Below, piece after piece: positions 1 to 13,523 of a stretch of 64,000 bases of DNA. The notes under the pieces are model-generated. The model searched no databases and was not told the origin of the DNA. It saw only the letters and a program-made list of their open reading frames with translations. The position numbers and the translations under genes were made by a program. Location: NCBI RefSeq assembly GCF_006345805.1, contig NC_043008.1:51832001-51896000 (forward strand), given 5' to 3'. The DNA is from Octopus sinensis. Lineage: Eukaryota. Numbering within the stretch: the first letter of the stretch is position 1; every line of letters begins with the position of its first letter.

Positions 1-1560
1 ATTTCAGCTACCTTAGTACCAGGCATCCTCTAGAGGCCAAGAGTAGCAAAGGCACTTTTGTTTTGCTATGCATGCTGAAATTATCACCACGTTTATTCCA
101 TTTTAAATGGAGAGTGCTGTACCCATCAAAGTTATCTTTTGGAAATTGGAGTTGCCAGGAAGTTGCTTAATATACTTCTCAGCTCCCTTCTTTATCATTC
201 CCAATGCACCAATTACTACTGGTATTATCATTGTACTCAGCTTCCACATTTTTGTGATTTCAATTTGCAGATCTTTATAGTGAGAAAGCTTTTCATATTC
301 CTTTCTTGAGATATTTTGATCTTGTGGGACAGACATATCTATTAACAGACAAGTTCCTCTGTTGTAGTCCTTCATCACAATGTCTGGTCAATTGGAGTCA
401 ATTTCTCTGTCTGTTTGTATTGAGAAGTTCCAAAAGATAGTGATGCCCATGCCATTTACTACATCCTCAGAATGGTGCCTGTACCACTTATCATGGGATT
501 TAATTTTGTAGTATTTACAAGCATTCCAGTGGACGTACTGCCATAGTCCGTCATGTCTTATGAGATACTCCTTTTTAGCAATGACTGGGCAACCAGAAAC
601 AATTGTCTCTGCGAACTTTCTGAAAATTCTGCATGAGATACAGATCCATCTTTAAGGATGTTTGCATGATAATTTCTGATAGGTAAGCCCTTATCTTGTG
701 CTGCAATAACAAAACCTTCTGTTTCCCTTTCAGACCTGTCCCTTGTAGCCGTTGGTGTTAGGTTTTGATCAGTATCTGGCTTAGACAAGCGGTTAGGGTA
801 TTTTCCATGCAGGAGTTTGCCTTTCCAGTTGTCTTCGATATTATTGATGCAATCCTTCTTTGTTTTTTGTTTGATGGTTTTTGCATCAGTGATAGGTTTG
901 TCAGTATTTGGATCTCATTGGTCTTTTTAATTATTAATTTCTAAATCAGGAGAAGCAATGGTAGGTCTGTCAGTATTTGGGTTTCTTTGGTCATTCTTAT
1001 TGTTAACCTGTAGGCCAAGAGACTTTTTAAAATTTCTTACTAAGATTCATGACTGAAGCTTGCTTGGAATCTTCATGCTTCAGTGCAGTTCATAAGAGCA
1101 CATCTCTTGTTGTATTAAGGTTTATGCTTGTCAATGCCTATCATTGCTGATTTAAAGGATAGTTTGAACTGTATCAGGTCCCTTCCACCTATTTTTCTTG
1201 AGAGATAAATCCTGTTTACATCTGATTTTGGATGGTGCATTCAGTACCTTGTAAGGATTTTACAGATCTTTCCATCCATATTCTGCATGTCAGTGAGACT
1301 TCACTTAATGATGCTGAAACTGTATGAGGTTACTGGTGTGGCCAAGGAATTGATAGCATTAATTCTGTTAGCAGCATTTAATTCTGAGTTTAGGACCATT
1401 CTTACCCTTCAGTAGCATTGCTTGTGGATCTTTTCTTTCATTTTAGTGTGCTGGATAGCATCACCTTCATTGGTTCCCAAATATTTGTATACAGAAAGGT
1501 CAGCTGGAATCCATGATAGTGAGTTATATGCGGAACCTACATAAAAAGAACTCCTCAGTC
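1..1560 (-). mobile_element. Degenerate RLE-type non-LTR retrotransposon (R4/Dong-like), RT to C-terminal restriction-like endonuclease
   Basis: Minus-strand ORF pieces ETEGFVIAAQD (558-788) and LLIDMSVP..EYEKLSHY..IIPVVIGALG (103-378); many stops and frameshifts. Confidence 0.8.
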
Positions 1561-1789
1561 TGTTGATAATCCTGATACAAAGCAACCTTACTTACAACTA
1601 ATCAAATATATATGAATATAAGATTTCAATATTTAGCAATTTGGTATATTTTTTTTATTTCAGAAACTATATCTTACTTTTCAGTCAGTAACATCAACTC
1701 CAAGAAAATTTGAAAAATATACCACATAATGAATAATTTCTAAATAATATATTGAATAAATCCTCATTATTTTTAACTTATTCTTGTTG

Positions 1790-1807
1790 TTGTTGTTGTT
1801 GTTGTTA

Positions 1808-1842
<35 letters not shown>

Positions 1843-1960
1843 TTGGCTTTTGCTTTGTATTTGTACAAGTTGACTCTAAGTCTCACCCAGAAACCTCAAG
1901 AGACAACAAGTTAGAAGTTCAAATTAGTGTTGACTAGAATGCCATATATTGTTCTAGAGA
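1790..1960 (-). repeat. (TTG)n/(TTA)n microsatellite plus probable 3' UTR remnant of an RLE-type LINE
   Basis: On the minus strand a short unique sequence runs into a (TAA)n tail. Confidence 0.4.
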
Positions 1961-2599
1961 ATGTCTGTCAAAACATAAGTAAATTAGAAGTTTTCTTTAA
2001 AAGTAATTTGATTATAAGATGATAGTTTGATGTTAAGATGACAATAAAAGGTGTTTGTTGTTATGTATATTTAAAAGTATTTTGACACTGTTTATCGATT
2101 AAAATATTTTGTGGATTACATAGACAATATTTTAAGTAGGATATGAAAGTTCTCATGAGCACTATTTTTTTAATTTTTAGAAGGTAAAACCAGTATATTG
2201 AGAGAATAGACCTCATTTACACTAAAGATCATAAAACCCAAATGCTGCTGCAGCATCATCATCATCATCATCATTATCATCATCATCACCACCACACCAT
2301 CATCATCATCATCATCATCGCCACCGCTTCTATACATCTTTCAATTCTGTTTCCATTTCTTGATGACCATCTTCTGACACCTAGGGCATCGAAATGTACT
2401 GTATACATTGGGAAGCTATTAAAATAAACACACCAGATAGCTCACTTACAAAATCATGTGACAGAGAAAAAGAAGAAAGACAGAGAGAAAAAGGAAAAAT
2501 AAAAAACTAAAACAGTAAACAAGAAAAAGGTGGGGGAAATTCACAGCAACATGCTCTTCTCAATACGTGTGATATACCAGTTAAGACAATCTTTTGCAC

Positions 2600-4432
2600 C
2601 TCCTGCATGGATGGTAAGTCAGGGATCATTCTTAAATAATTTTCAGTTCCTTTGTTTGATCATTCCAAGTGCTCCTACAATCACTGGTATTGTAACTAGC
2701 TTGAGATGCCACATCTTTTCAATCTCAATTAGCAAATCTTTATATTTTCTGAGCTTGCCAAATTCTTTTGTCAAGATATTATGGTGACAGGGTATGCTCA
2801 TGTCAATCAATAAACAGACTTTATTGTTTTGGTATTTCACAACAATATCTGGTTTATTTGCTTTGATAGTCCAGTCTGTATATACTGGAAAATCCCAAAG
2901 AATAGTCACATTTTCTCACTCAGTTATAGCCTCAGGGTGGCGCTTGTACCATTTGTCAGCAATTTTGATTTTATAATGCTGACACATTCTCCAATGTAGA
3001 TATTGGCCAACTCTGTCATGTCTTGATTTGTACTCTACAGGTGCTAAAACCTTACATCCTGAGATTAGGTGGTCCACTGTTTCAATCATTTTATTGCGGG
3101 ATCAGCACTTTGGATCTATCCCATTTTTCATCACATTGACTTGATAGTTCTGGGTCAATAAGCTTTAATCTTGGGCAGCCAAGATAAAGCCTTCACTCTC
3201 TATCTTTAGCCTTGAGCTCCGTAGCCACTGATGGGTGTGCTTCTGGTCTACATCAGCTTGTTTGTTATGAGCCACATATTTGCCTTGCAGAGGTTTTTGT
3301 TCCCACCTATCAGCCAATTGTTCAAACACATTTTGCTTTGCTATTGATTTCACCTTCTTCGCAGCTACAGTTACTGTACTTCCATTATACTGTTCAACCT
3401 GGGTATTATGCATAAACTCACTTGAAAAATTTTGCTCTCCTTAACAGAATGAAACTTCTTACATCTTGCATGGTTTTCAACTAGCTTTAACATCCAGTCG
3501 TTTGATGTTTCAAGATATTTTGCCAGTTCAATTGTCGTGGTTTTGTAGAAGATTTTGAAATTGGATCAAGCCTCAATCTCCTTGAGTTCTGGGTAGGTAA
3601 AGATGATCTGCGTCTACCTTTGGGTGGTGCATCTTATTGTAAGTCAGCAGCTTACGTATTTTCCTGTAAATCTTCCTTATTTCACTCATATTCCAATTAA
3701 ACACATTGAAACTGTAAATAACAACTAGAATTGCTAAGGAATTTATAGCAAACACCTTGTTACATGCATTTAACTTGGATTTTAGGACTGCTCAAACTCT
3801 CCTGTAACACTCCTTCCTGACCTCTTTCGTGCTTGCATGCTGAATGTCAGAGCTCTCATTTATTCCGAGGTATTTGTAAGTTCATTCCTACTTGAGTTCT
3901 TTTATGACTGTGTCAACATCCAACACCACTGGATGAGAGGTCTTCAATTTTCTTTTCTGGAAAGTGGCTGTGACACATTTATGAAGACTAAATTCCATCC
4001 TGATGTCACCACTGAATGCTTTCACAGTATGTAGTAGTCCTTCAAACTCATTATCATCTTTGCCATAGAGTTTTAAGTCATCCATATAAAACAGATGACT
4101 TATATTCTTGTTGCCAACTTTATATCTATACCCTGTTCTGTTAAGTTCATTTGTTGTAAGGGTAGTAGGGCTATGTAAAAAATTAAAGATGAAAGCGAGT
4201 TACCTTGGAAAATACAGGAGTTGATATTAATATTTTTTGTGGTCAGTATTCCATTAGAGTGTCATAATTGGAGATTCATATTCCACATTGACATTTACTT
4301 CAGGAAGTAAGAAATTAAAGGAGATGTTTTGAAGATATCAAGCGATTTCAAGATCCATGAATGTGGTATGCTGTCGAAGGCCTTTTTATAACCAATCCAT
4401 GCAGAACTGAGATTACTGCATTTGTTAGGACA
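2600..4432 (-). mobile_element. Second degenerate RLE-type (R4/Dong-like) LINE, 5'-truncated
   Basis: Translated pieces YKKAFDSIPHSW, IFQGNSLS, ISHLFYMDDLKLY (RT), ESEGFILAAQD, ANKPDIVV..LLIDMSIP..IPVIVGALG (RLE). Confidence 0.85.
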
Positions 4433-4489
4433 CTACTACTACTACTACTACTACTTTGTCTCTTCCTCCTCCTCCTCCTCCCTCTTCTT

Positions 4490-6190
4490 CTCCTAACATT
4501 GTCTTGTTTGTTCTGGTAGATTCTGTGAGAGCGTACAGCAGCCTGCCATCAGAGTTCTCTCGGGGTATCTTTCTGCACATTATAACCTTTGATACTTGGT
4601 TGTTAATTATCATGGGAGACATTTAACATCCAAGTACCAATCTCAAAGTCCTAGCTGTCCCCAACAGAGCAGTTTTGGGGCTTACTCTGCTCTCATGTCA
4701 TTTCCAATTTCTTACACAAGCTTCTTCAACTTGGTTGTTAGTACTCTGAGTGCCCCTACAACTACTGGAATGACAGATACTCTCCTCATAGTCCACATTC
4801 TTGCAATTTTGTCTTTTAGTACTCTGTACTTTTCAATCTTTTCTAGTTCTTTGTCACTAATGTGTGCATCTCCAGGTGTTGCAGTATCTATGATTTTGGT
4901 TTCCTTTTTACCTTTATCTATCACAACAATGTCTGGTTTCCCAAGCCTCGATTAGGGAGTCATATTGAATTGTAAAATCCCACAGTATCTTATGTTCCTT
5001 ATTCTTGGTAACTCCTTCTGGTTCATGTTCATATCATTTTCGTGCTCTGTTCAGACTATACTTTTCATATAGCTTTCAGTGGATGAACTTAGCCTTGTTA
5101 TCGTGCCTCCTTTTGTAGTGCTTTTGGGCCAGCTTGTTACACTCACCCACAATAAGCTCGATCTTTGTCCACCTAACAACACCTGTGCCATATCACATGT
5201 GTTCTTTGCCCTGATTTTGTTTTGCCATTCAGTCTATTTCCCATAATTAATTTGGTTCTTCTGAGATATTCTCACCTAAAGCTTTCCTTCATGTCCTTTT
5301 CCTCGATTTTGTGGTATTCTATAATCCCCTCTTTGTATTATAAGCATACCACACATTTTAGACCAAATTCCATTCTGATATCCTTACTGAATATCTGCAC
5401 TGTTGAAACTAGGCCATTTATTTCATGTTTGCTATTTCCAAAGATCTTTAAATCATCCATATATAACAGATGATTTAATTTTCCTCTACTTTTCAATTAG
5501 TACCCTGATGTCACCTTCTGTAGTATCTGTGTGAGGGGTATCATAAAAGTCCCGAACAGCAACGGTGATAGGCTATCTCCTTGAAATATGGCTCTCGTGA
5601 CATTAACTGTTGGCAAAACTTTTCCACGTGAATTTAACTCTGTTTTCCAGCTTTTTATTGATCTCCTAATGAAATTTGATGTGTTATCAGACACCTGTAC
5701 CTGTCATACACTTTCTTATAATCGTTCCATGCCATGCTCAAATTAGTCTTTTTTTGCAGTCATTCAGTACCATTCTGTCTATCAGGAGTTGGTCTTTCGT
5801 CCTCCAGCTTTTTCTTCTGCACCCTTTCTTTTCCACTGGCAGTTTGCCATTTATTTCCATGAAGTTATACACACAACTAGATATTATTCCCGTCATCAAC
5901 TTTCACATCAGAGGGCAGGCAGGCGATAGGCCAGTAATTATCCTCTGCATTGCCATTGCCTTTGCTGGGATCCTTTTGACCAAAAATTGTTTTACCGGTA
6001 GTTAGCCAATTTGGGATTTGTACGCTGTTTGTGATCGTTTTATCCATTTGTATGGCTATTCTTCTGTGTAGTTGTGGGAAAATTTTCTGCCAATATCCTT
6101 GTACCCCATCCAGTCCTGGGCATTTCCAGTTTGGGATCTTTGTTGTCTGTTTGGTTACCATTTCAGTTGTTATTCTAATATTACTCATAT
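4490..6190 (-). mobile_element. Third RLE-type LINE fragment (different subfamily)
   Basis: NWKCPGLDGVQGYW (5877-6188), IFQGDSLSPLLF (5497-5694), IIDTATPGD..EKIEKY..IPVVVGAL (4712-4924); (ACT)n/(CCT)n tract at 4433-4490. Confidence 0.85.
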
Positions 6191-6193
6191 TTT

Positions 6194-7413
6194 TCAGACC
6201 TTAATTTCCTGCTTGTTGAGATAAGCAGTAACAGCTAGATTGAATTTATGGGTGGCCCATCCAGTCAATGGTATTCTACACGAAATTGCTATAGATTTGT
6301 TCACTTCAGTGTTATCTCCAGTTATAGCTAAAACATTTTCTAAATTTTTGTCATAGACACTTAACACATACTCTATAAGTTCAAAATAATCAGAGGCAGT
6401 GAATGATGTTTCCCTTACCATTGGCGAAAATGCCAGGAAAAAGGTACAGTAATCATTTTGATAATTGCATGGTTAAGATGGAAAAAGTCCAATGAAATGC
6501 ATCAAACCCTTTGTCCAGCCATCGATTACCAACAAAAATTTACTTGAAAGTTCATCAGATATTTTCTTTTCCACTTCCTGAGTAAATCTCTCCATGTATT
6601 TCCTTAATGTCACATTTGTCATATTTCCCAAGTGTGTGTACTTACAAGTCAGTGGGTCTTCAGTAAAGGAAAATTCGATGAAGATAGTTGTCTAGTTACT
6701 TCTGTAGTAGAATACTCTGGATGCTGGTTTTTTATATGATTCACAAGATTTGTCAATCCAGTTCCTTTTTTCTGGGTCACCTTTTTCTCCACACTTGCAT
6801 TTCCATACATGTTCACTGTCTATCTGGTTAAAATATTTTCTAATGATTTGTTCGTTTTCATGAAGCATGGGTTAGTTTAAAATAGAAGATATTTTGCCAC
6901 CCCACTGATGAAAGTCTGATTCAGTTAATATGTTGGAATGGAATTCATGATACAACTGCATTGCAGGCAAGCTTATGATTAAATGTGTGAATCATTCTTG
7001 GTAGTCAGAACCAAGAATCACTCAATAGCGATTATTTGACAACATACACAATAGCCGATTATCAAACATGACAGAATGTGTGAATTATTCTCAGCAGTCT
7101 TAACCAAGTGTCAACACCTGACAGCAGTTATTTGACAACATACACAATAGCCAATTCCCAAGCATGATAGAATGTGTGAATTATTCTCAGCAGTCAGAAC
7201 AGAGTGTCAACACAACACCTCAAATAATAATAGAACACTGTATTTGCCAATTGAATGTCAAATGAAGTATGAGCCATTTGAAAAACTTTCGCTGACAATG
7301 TTGCAATTAATTAATATAATAGCAATCAATTAATTGGCAGTATGACTTCAATCAAGTAATTAGACGAATATATTACAATTGATTTTTCATCAATTAATTT
7401 TTTACAACCTCTG
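6194..7413 (-). mobile_element. 5' half of a hAT-like DNA transposon, degenerate
   Basis: ATG at 6868; BED-like WKCKCG..GTGLTNLVNHIKNQH, then FLLVIDGW and ITGDN..W..HKFNLAV motifs; putative terminus CAGAGGTTGTAA ending at 7413; cut off at about 6190 by the LINE. Confidence 0.65.
6983..7215. repeat. About 95-bp tandem repeat, roughly 2.5 copies
   Basis: ATGTGTGAAT(C/T)ATTCT recurs at 6983, 7076 and 7172; ATTTGACAACATACACAATAGCC occurs twice. Confidence 0.75.
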
Positions 7414-8419
7414 GTGATGTGGTCACAGGAATTGTCTTACAACCATTACTGGGTTCTCCTGCTTGCGTGGCATGGTGCAGTGTCCTTTTACCAGACATAG
7501 GGTCTTCCAGCAGCCACGCTCTTGACCCAGGGCAGCATTACATTCTCCAGGCCCTTGATATAACAGTGAAGCAACACAATATAAAGCAATATTAACTCAG
7601 TAATAATTTCAATACACTGTTGAAACAGGTTTGGTATTTGAATTACAACAGCATGCAATTAATGTGATCAAAACACAGGTCAGACAATTATTATGAATAA
7701 ACCAACTGTAAATAAACATAAAGTTTGAATGTTCAGATTCTTCATTCTTCACTACTGAAGATTACTATTTTGCTTCAGCTGCATTACATTATGGTATCAT
7801 AAATATAAAATGATTTCTGTCTGAATAAAATTAATATATATTTTTTCCATCAATATATATAATTTATTATAACTATATTTCATATTTATTTTATGACTAT
7901 CACTGATTAACATGCCCCTTTGTAGCTATTCTCACTATTTTACCATTTCAGTCTTCCATTTAATCATTGCAATTATTTTAATATCTATTCAACTATTCGA
8001 TCTTATTTTATAACCAATCCTCCTTATATAATAAATCTTGCTTTAAGAAAATAAATCTAACGCACTTTCTCAGAACTTTATTGTAATAGTATCATGGGTT
8101 TGGGATATAAGTGCTTTCTCCCAACTTCTTATCAAAGATTGCAATACCATTATTGATTACTAATGGGTCCTTGTCACTGCCACAATAATAGGAGGATTAT
8201 AATTGACATATAATTATTTTGATTATACAAATAACAATGCTCACTTGCTTCATATTAGGCATCCACTTACTTAATTGTAACCTACTTATACAAATTATTC
8301 CCAATATATTAACATCAACTATGCATTTTAATTTCAATTTACGTAATCCTTTCAAACAAAAATAATATTGACTCATTATTTTGAGAACGCATGTCCTAGC
8401 AGTTTGGGTGTTGCACACC

Positions 8420-8657
8420 TAAACTAGGAGGTGTATTGTTTTCTTGAGCAAAACACTTCATCTCACATTGCTCTGCAATCACTTCACCACCTGACATGTG
8501 GTATACTGTGCACTTGTTCAAGCAATGTTAATTTGATGAAGGGAGTGAGCTAATGTATGGCACATACATTCGATCACTATAAAAGAAGTCATTTGTGAAG
8601 ATCATTTGACAAAAGCTGAATGCTCACATGTTGTCTTTGATGGGAGAGTCCATCATT
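8420..8657 (+). mobile_element. Old SINE fragment
   Basis: CTTGAGCAAAACACTTCATCTCACATTGCTC resembles the CORE-like segment of other SINEs in the window. Confidence 0.45.
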
Positions 8658-8861
8658 TCAAGGTTCCATACAGCATATATAAAATAAAAAAATTTACAAA
8701 TTTTTACAGTAACTATGTTGAACATGCAAACAACAATGTTAATATGTTAATACAAGTTAGCCACTTATGGTATACTAAAAGACATACACACCTCATTATC
8801 TTTAATTTTTGATAAAAAATTTTAAATGTTTGTCTAAATAATCCATTTCAAGAAAATTTCA

Positions 8862-8926
8862 AGTGGGCTGCAAGTTAACAGTCTGTGGGCTGCATGTGGC
8901 CTGTGGGTCTCAGTTTGGCCACCCTG
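8862..8926. mobile_element. hAT/Charlie-type MITE terminus
   Basis: GGGCTGCATGTGGCCTGTGGG...TTTGGCCACCCTG resembles typical hAT-MITE ends. Confidence 0.4.
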
Positions 8927-9189
8927 CTTTAGGGGATACCAAACAACTTTACAATTTGTTACAACTTCTTTAACATGCAAACAAGTAAGATTCCAACCTG
9001 CCAACACAAGTAATCCGTTCAGAGTAATGAAGGTTTTTATAAAAACAGTTTCAATCAGCTAGAATTTCTTATATTATTTTCCCAAACCCTTTAAAAGTGC
9101 TATTTAATTTATGGTTACACATAAGTATAACCTGAATAATGCTTATTAATTAGTTTGTCCTTGCATAAAATTATCTTTAGAGTCTCTTC

Positions 9190-9560
9190 CAGGTATAAGT
9201 TGCAAACATGGGACAGTGCATCATAGGGGTTTGTGTTTCTTAATACTAACTACGTTGTTACAAATCTTATCCCTTTGTTTTTAAGTTTCCATGCAAAGTC
9301 TGTGAGTGAGGTGCATTGACTCTTGCAGTTACTGGTAAATGATGCAACTTGGTTCCTGAATCATTTTTTGAAGTGGTTGCTCATTGCACCTATGTATGCT
9401 CATTTATATATAATGTTCTTTCTTATTACAATCATTCCCAAGCAGTCATTCATTTTTAGTTCTGAACCTGCCCTTTTCAATTTACTTCCCTTTTTTTTAT
9501 TTTTCCCTTTAAATCTGGCCTTCTCTAATTTCTCTTGTATTTCGTCTTTTGTTCCTTTTT
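9190..9560 (-). mobile_element. Penelope-like element, GIY-YIG endonuclease remnant
   Basis: Translation CLGMIVIRKNIIYK*AYIG..FKK*FRNQVASF..TSLTDFAWKLK..PY..CNLYL. Confidence 0.6.
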
Positions 9561-9699
9561 GTGAATTCTCCCTCATATATATATATATGTATATATATAT
9601 AATAGTAATATTAGGGAATAAATCCAAACTTAGGGGAAAAATTAGATTTAGGATTAAATCCAATTTTATAGTATAAATATATTATATTATATTAAAAAA

Positions 9700-9877
9700 A
9701 GCACCCACTACACTCACAGAGTGGTTGGTGTTAGGAAGGGCATCCACCTGTAGAAACACTGCCAGATCAGACTGGAGCCTGGTGCAGCCTCCTGGCTTCC
9801 CAGACCCCGGTCAAACTGTCCAACCCGTGCTAGCACAGAAAACGGACGTTAAACGATGATGATGATGATGATGATGA
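9700..9877 (+). mobile_element. RTE-LINE 3' tail or RTE-tailed SINE ending in (GAT)n
   Basis: Matches the 3' UTR of the RTE LINE at 33180-33337. Confidence 0.7.
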
Positions 9878-10479
9878 TTCTCCCTCTTTGTTTCTCTCTC
9901 ACTTTCCCACTCTCTTACTTTTCTTTTCTCTCGGATTCTCCCTCGCTTTCTCTTACTCTCTATCTTTATCTCTCTCTCTCCCATTTATAAACAACAAAAG
10001 ATCTTGAGTAAGTTGAGAAATAAAATATTTTGAAAGGTCAATCATAAATATCAGGCAGTGACAACGGAAAGGTCTGCTTCAAGGCAGACAGCAAAATACT
10101 AACATTTAAAAGGGACAGACGAACTTGCGAGCTGAATAAAAATAATAAAATATTGGAAACCAAAGTTTGAGGGGATAGAATCTGAGGATAGTAGAGTCAT
10201 CATGGCTGGCATTTCTTAATGACAGACAGCAATGTATTGACAGCTTAATGGCTGGCGTAAAATTCTTGAACTTGATGTAAAAGAAAATTCCTAAACACCA
10301 AGTTTTGAAATGATTCTTTCTCACGACAGCAGACTCACCATGGCAAGCATTCAAAACTTCTTCATCATGGAGGGCAACACATTGATGATTTAAAAGCTGG
10401 CGCAAATTTTTTAGCTTGATGTAACAGAGAATTCCTAAATACCCGCTCCTTTAAATTTTAATCCCCTTCAAGCCCCATT

Positions 10480-10677
10480 TAGACCTCTTTTCATGTTTTG
10501 GTTAATATAACCCAATTTCATTCGGGTCTACTCGGGCCACATTTTATAAGATGAGGAATTTTGTCCTAGAGGTCACGCCTTTCATTTGAGGAAAAAAATA
10601 GTTGCCATGCAAACTCGCCAGCACTTTTAACATAGGGGTGCATATTTTCAGCTCAACCAACCACATAATGCACATAT

Positions 10678-10733
<56 letters not shown>

Positions 10734-10766
10734 GCATTAAATATATATATGTACATATATACGCAT

Positions 10767-10799
<33 letters not shown>

Positions 10800-11395
10800 C
10801 TGCGTGTGTGTGTACGCAATATATATACAAATTATATATATATAAATACAGATATATACACTTTGTATATATACATTATATATACATATTTATATAAAGA
10901 ACACGCACACAAACACACACATATATAAATTAACCCAATAAATATCTGATTCATAATATTTGTTCTCATGATTTTGTGGTGGTCGTCGTGGCGACGATAA
11001 TTCTCTTTATGAATGCAGACAGACGTAGAGAGGGAGAGAGAGATGGAGGAAGACAGGCAGACAATAGAATGCGATGGCGGCGAAGGAAAGAAAATAGATG
11101 CTGTGAAACGATGTTATAGATAGAATGTGAAAGGAATGCAGGAAAGAGAGTGAGTGATGGAGGAAGACAGATACATAAAAGAATGAGAGTAGACTTGTCA
11201 GAGTGCGTTTTTGGCCCTAACAACGACACATAACTTAGCCCACTCGCATCCTCACCTCATTTTACATGTCCCTGTAAATTTTGGAGTCAATCGACGGGAT
11301 CTAGTGACCTTTAACCAGTTCTCAATACCAAAACCAGACAAACAAACAAACAAACTTTTCGCTTTCATAATTATAATATAGAGGATATATATATA
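10480..11395 (+). mobile_element. Helitron/Helentron-like non-autonomous element with internal (TA)n
   Basis: 3' end ..CAAACAAACAAACTTTTCGCTTTCATAATTATAATATAGAG resembles the end at 52930-52985; no coding remnant. Confidence 0.35.
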
Positions 11396-11574
11396 TATAT
11401 ATACAGACACACATAAATAATATATTCTCGGTCAAATAACATAACATCTATTTATATGAGAACGATATTATTCTGAAAACAAACATGTTTAATAATTCTA
11501 TTACATATATATATATATATTTGTGTGAGTATGTATATGAGGTGTATATGTGTGTATATGAGGTGTATATGTGT

Positions 11575-12120
11575 GTATGCGCGCGTATGTCTGTGTGTGT
11601 GCGTGAATCTGATAGACTATATATAATTTACGATAGAAATTTGCAGTTTTATTTTGATTAGAATATCCGTATCTTCAGAAGAAAACCTTTCAATGCTGTC
11701 AGCCTGCCTTTAACGTCTCTGACTTCCATCCACTCCTATTCCCTTTGTCCTCTAATCCTTTCCCCTCTCTCTCTCTCTCTTGTGTGACCAATGACTCACT
11801 TTGCGTTTTATTGCATGAAAATAGTAACCAAGGGACGTGAAGCTAATAAGTAAATGTCAGAGTTATCTCTCTTCTATTAAACAGACAAATCTTTAAGAGA
11901 GCAACGGAGAAAAAGAAAGGAAGATCAAAGCCTTTCACATGGATTTTCGTGCCAAAAGAATTGGCCAAAATCTGTCTGAAGGAATGCGCGATGGGGTGGA
12001 GGTGAAAAAGATCTTGAATTTGCAGAAATTATTTTCCATAAACAGATGCACCTCCCACTCTCTCTTTTCGAAAGTCGTGGCGAAAAAAAAGAATTCGGAA
12101 AATCTCCGTCAAATCGGAGA
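11575..12120. repeat. Diverged direct repeat of 16590-17075 (copy A)
   Basis: Colinear shared blocks such as GTGACCAATGA, CATGAAAATAGT, CAAAATCTGTC(T/A)GAAGGAATGC and TTTCGAAAGTCGTGGCGA. Confidence 0.8.
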
Positions 12121-13511
12121 ATATCTAAATTAAGTCGCGTGCAGATCTGAAACTTCGCCGTGTTTGTTTCGTTCTACTATTAAATATTTTACAATTTAAA
12201 AAGTGGCATATCTTGTGTACGATCAATAGTTTGTTTATGCATAAAGACCTTGCTTGTTGTGTGTATCTCGATTGGAGTTGTTTAACGAATAATGAGGAAG
12301 GTACACTTCAGCCAGAGTGTAAGTTTGTATCAAGCAATGTTAGAATGTGTTGTACACTAATTTTAATATAGCCTTATTAGAATTTTATAACGCTTAATTG
12401 GGAAATAACCGACAGCTACAAAGTTTTAAATTAAGAATACTGAATTAAAATTAATTTAAAGAAATTCCTCATTTGCATAACTGCAATAGATTTTACCAAT
12501 GACAAAACTGCTCAACACAATAACATTAACTGATATTTTAAACACATTCGTAAAAATGAGGAAAGGGAAATTAGTAACCAGGGTAGAATTAGTAACTTCT
12601 GATTTCTCGATATTTTCTCTCTGCATGTTTAAACCCTTTACACTGCAAGTATTACTTCATCATTTTGTATTGAAGGGTCATCTTTAGAAATGAAAATTGG
12701 TCAGCATACGTTTTGTTATTAAAGTTGAGAGAGTCCCAAATGTACTCAGTCGAAATGTACTTTTTTTCAAGGAATTTTTCCTCAGTTTTGACCCGACTGT
12801 AATTGAGGTTTCTAATAAAATATCTGCGGCAAATTTACATTATCGTATCTTCTTCATTCTGCTACAAACAAATTTGTCTTTTACGGACCCAAAGAAAGTG
12901 AGAATGAAATTTCTGAAATAATAACCAGATTCTGTTATAATACTCCTAATGCATATAGCAAATTCCGTTCAATTAGCTGATATACTTTTTGTAAGGTAGT
13001 GAACATTTGTAAAAAATATATTTTGTTTCAAAGTCAAAACTGCAGCAGAAACTCCACATTGAGCCCACACACCTCCCTATAATGAAGACTGTCATTTGAT
13101 AGGTAATTATTAAACTACTAGTACCCTGTGGAAACTCGACGACTATTTTGAAAATTGTAAGAAGGAAATGTATATTTTTCTGAACCATAAGACCCGTGAA
13201 AGGATATAAAATTCTATACAAGTAATATTAAATGTGCAATCTCAAGATGCAACATCTCTGAGAGATTCTATATTCTCATATCTTCTACTTTGTGATTTAT
13301 CTGTTATTTTTCATTTTATGTTAAGAACAAAATCAAACACATTATCTATATTATTTCTTCCTACTTTAGTAGATCTATAACAAATCTCAATACGGTCATT
13401 TGAAAGAAAAAACTACTATAAAAACGCCTTACCTTTCTCTTGCTATTTTGACATGAGTTGTTGGACATATTTTATAAGTTCTCAGTAAGCAGACGACAAT
13501 TGATTCACTAA

Positions 13512-13523
13512 AGCGCATGCGCT
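13512..13523. promoter_or_regulatory. NRF1-like palindrome AGCGCATGCGCT
   Basis: Perfect 12-bp palindrome containing GCGCATGCGC in non-repeat DNA. Confidence 0.35.
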
